The translations under genes were made by a program, and so were the position numbers. A stretch of 63,981 bases of DNA, the filler included, from Ionaspis alba (lineage: Eukaryota): NCBI GenBank assembly GCA_964255285.1. It is 5 parts of 5 records of this genome, joined end to end, with 100 filler letters (N's around TTAATTAATTAA, not from the genome) between each part and the next. Parts side by side here need not be neighbours in the genome. Positions count along the whole stretch, not along the records: positions 51,524 to 63,981 come from CAXUUL010000507.1; 4 more parts are not named here. One strand, 5' to 3'. The notes below the pieces were generated by a model that saw only the letters and a program-made list of their open reading frames with translations, made no database searches and had not been told where the DNA came from. Below are positions 63,032 through 63,981 of the stretch, in pieces (the first letter of the stretch is position 1; each line of letters opens with the position of its first letter).

Positions 63032-63981
63032 ATGCGTTTCTCAATCGCCGCCGCTGTCCTTGCCCTCACCGGCTTCACCAATGCCTACACCACTCCTGTC
63101 GGCGCCAACCCCGCCGGCAACCCAATCTTCAAACCCGGTCTCAACGAACAAGTTCCCGTCAGCAAACCCTTCACCATAACCTGGACCGTACGTTCCCTCT
63201 CTTCCTCTTTCCCCTGCCCATCTCATCCTCAAACCTCAAAACTAACATCTTCAACAGCCCACAACCCCCGGCACCGTCACCCTCGTCCTCCTCCGCGGCC
63301 CCGGCGAAAACATCAAACCCCTCTACCCAATCGTCGAAAAATACCCCAACAGCGGAACCTTCACCTGGACGCCCTCGAGCTCTCTCGACGCCGACGTAAC
63401 CCACTACGGCATCCAGCTCATCGACGACGCAACAGGCGCATACCAATACACCTCCCAGTTCGGAATCTCCAACTCTTCTCCCGCTAAACCCAGCACCTCC
63501 ACCACGACCGCCGCACCCGTGAGCCAAATCACCGACGGCCAGCCCCAAGCTCCCACCGCGACGCCGACGACGGGAACGGTGACAGTGCCAGGATTGGGAA
63601 CCATGGCGACCTCGACAACAACAGAGTCGTCCACCGCTGAGACGTCGACTTCAGAGACCAGCACCACCGAGTCCAGCTCCACTGAGACTTCCACCGCCGA
63701 GACTACCCAATCATCCACCACCACTAGCGAAACACCCAGCAGCACCCCCGCGCCCGTCGCTAACACCACAACCGCGGTTATCGCGCCTCCCGCACCATCA
63801 GCTGGAACAACCACGTCCCTGGTTATTGTTCAGCCGACGGGGACCATGACTGTGCCTGAGACGCTGAAGACGAGCGCTGCGACGTCGACGGCTGCCGGGG
63901 CAGCGACGACGACGAGGGCGATTCAGACGGGTGCGGCGGTGGCGGGGAGGAAGGTGGAGGGTGTGGTTGTGGGTTTGGTAG
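63032..63981 (+). CDS. Ser/Thr-rich cell-wall protein with Kre9/Knh1-like N-terminal domain, probably GPI-anchored, 3' partial
   Basis: Signal peptide MRFSIAAAVLALTGFTNA; PFTITW, TVTLVLLRGP, NSGTFTWTP, YGIQL..YQYTSQF; intron 63188..63257; Ser/Thr tract; QTGAA then hydrophobic tail beginning at window end. Confidence 0.88.

Overview
Eukaryotic DNA from an intron-rich filamentous ascomycete (Pezizomycotina): about 50 short spliceosomal introns with CTRAY-type branch points and a dispersed 5S rRNA gene. The window is not one locus. It is five ~12.5-12.9 kb scaffolds joined by an artificial 100-nt spacer (44 N + TTAATTAATTAA + 44 N) in decreasing length order, plus four plain 100-N gaps, so gene adjacency across spacers is meaningless. 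About 27 protein-coding loci are supported. Most are housekeeping or metabolic (NOG1, URA5, MET13, VPS13, RAD23, VPS45, ALE1, MOD5, CAF16, MTC1, GLC8, GRG1, aspartic protease, PhoD, nitronate monooxygenase, enoyl-CoA hydratase, FucP-like MFS), with a few orphans and one likely pseudogene. I recognised no transposon, CRISPR array, tRNA or secondary-metabolite cluster. Four signals stand out. (1) A dense cluster of CTATTGAY motifs, resembling mating-type alpha-box/HMG sites, lies upstream of a truncated unknown gene. (2) Recurrent ~1 kb GC-rich islands flip from C-rich to G-rich, even in introns and synonymous sites, and several scaffold ends fall in them. (3) A 458-aa orphan carries tape-measure/apolipoprotein-like amphipathic helices. 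(4) Four of about 49 introns are GC-AG. Family calls come from motif recognition only; no database search was run.
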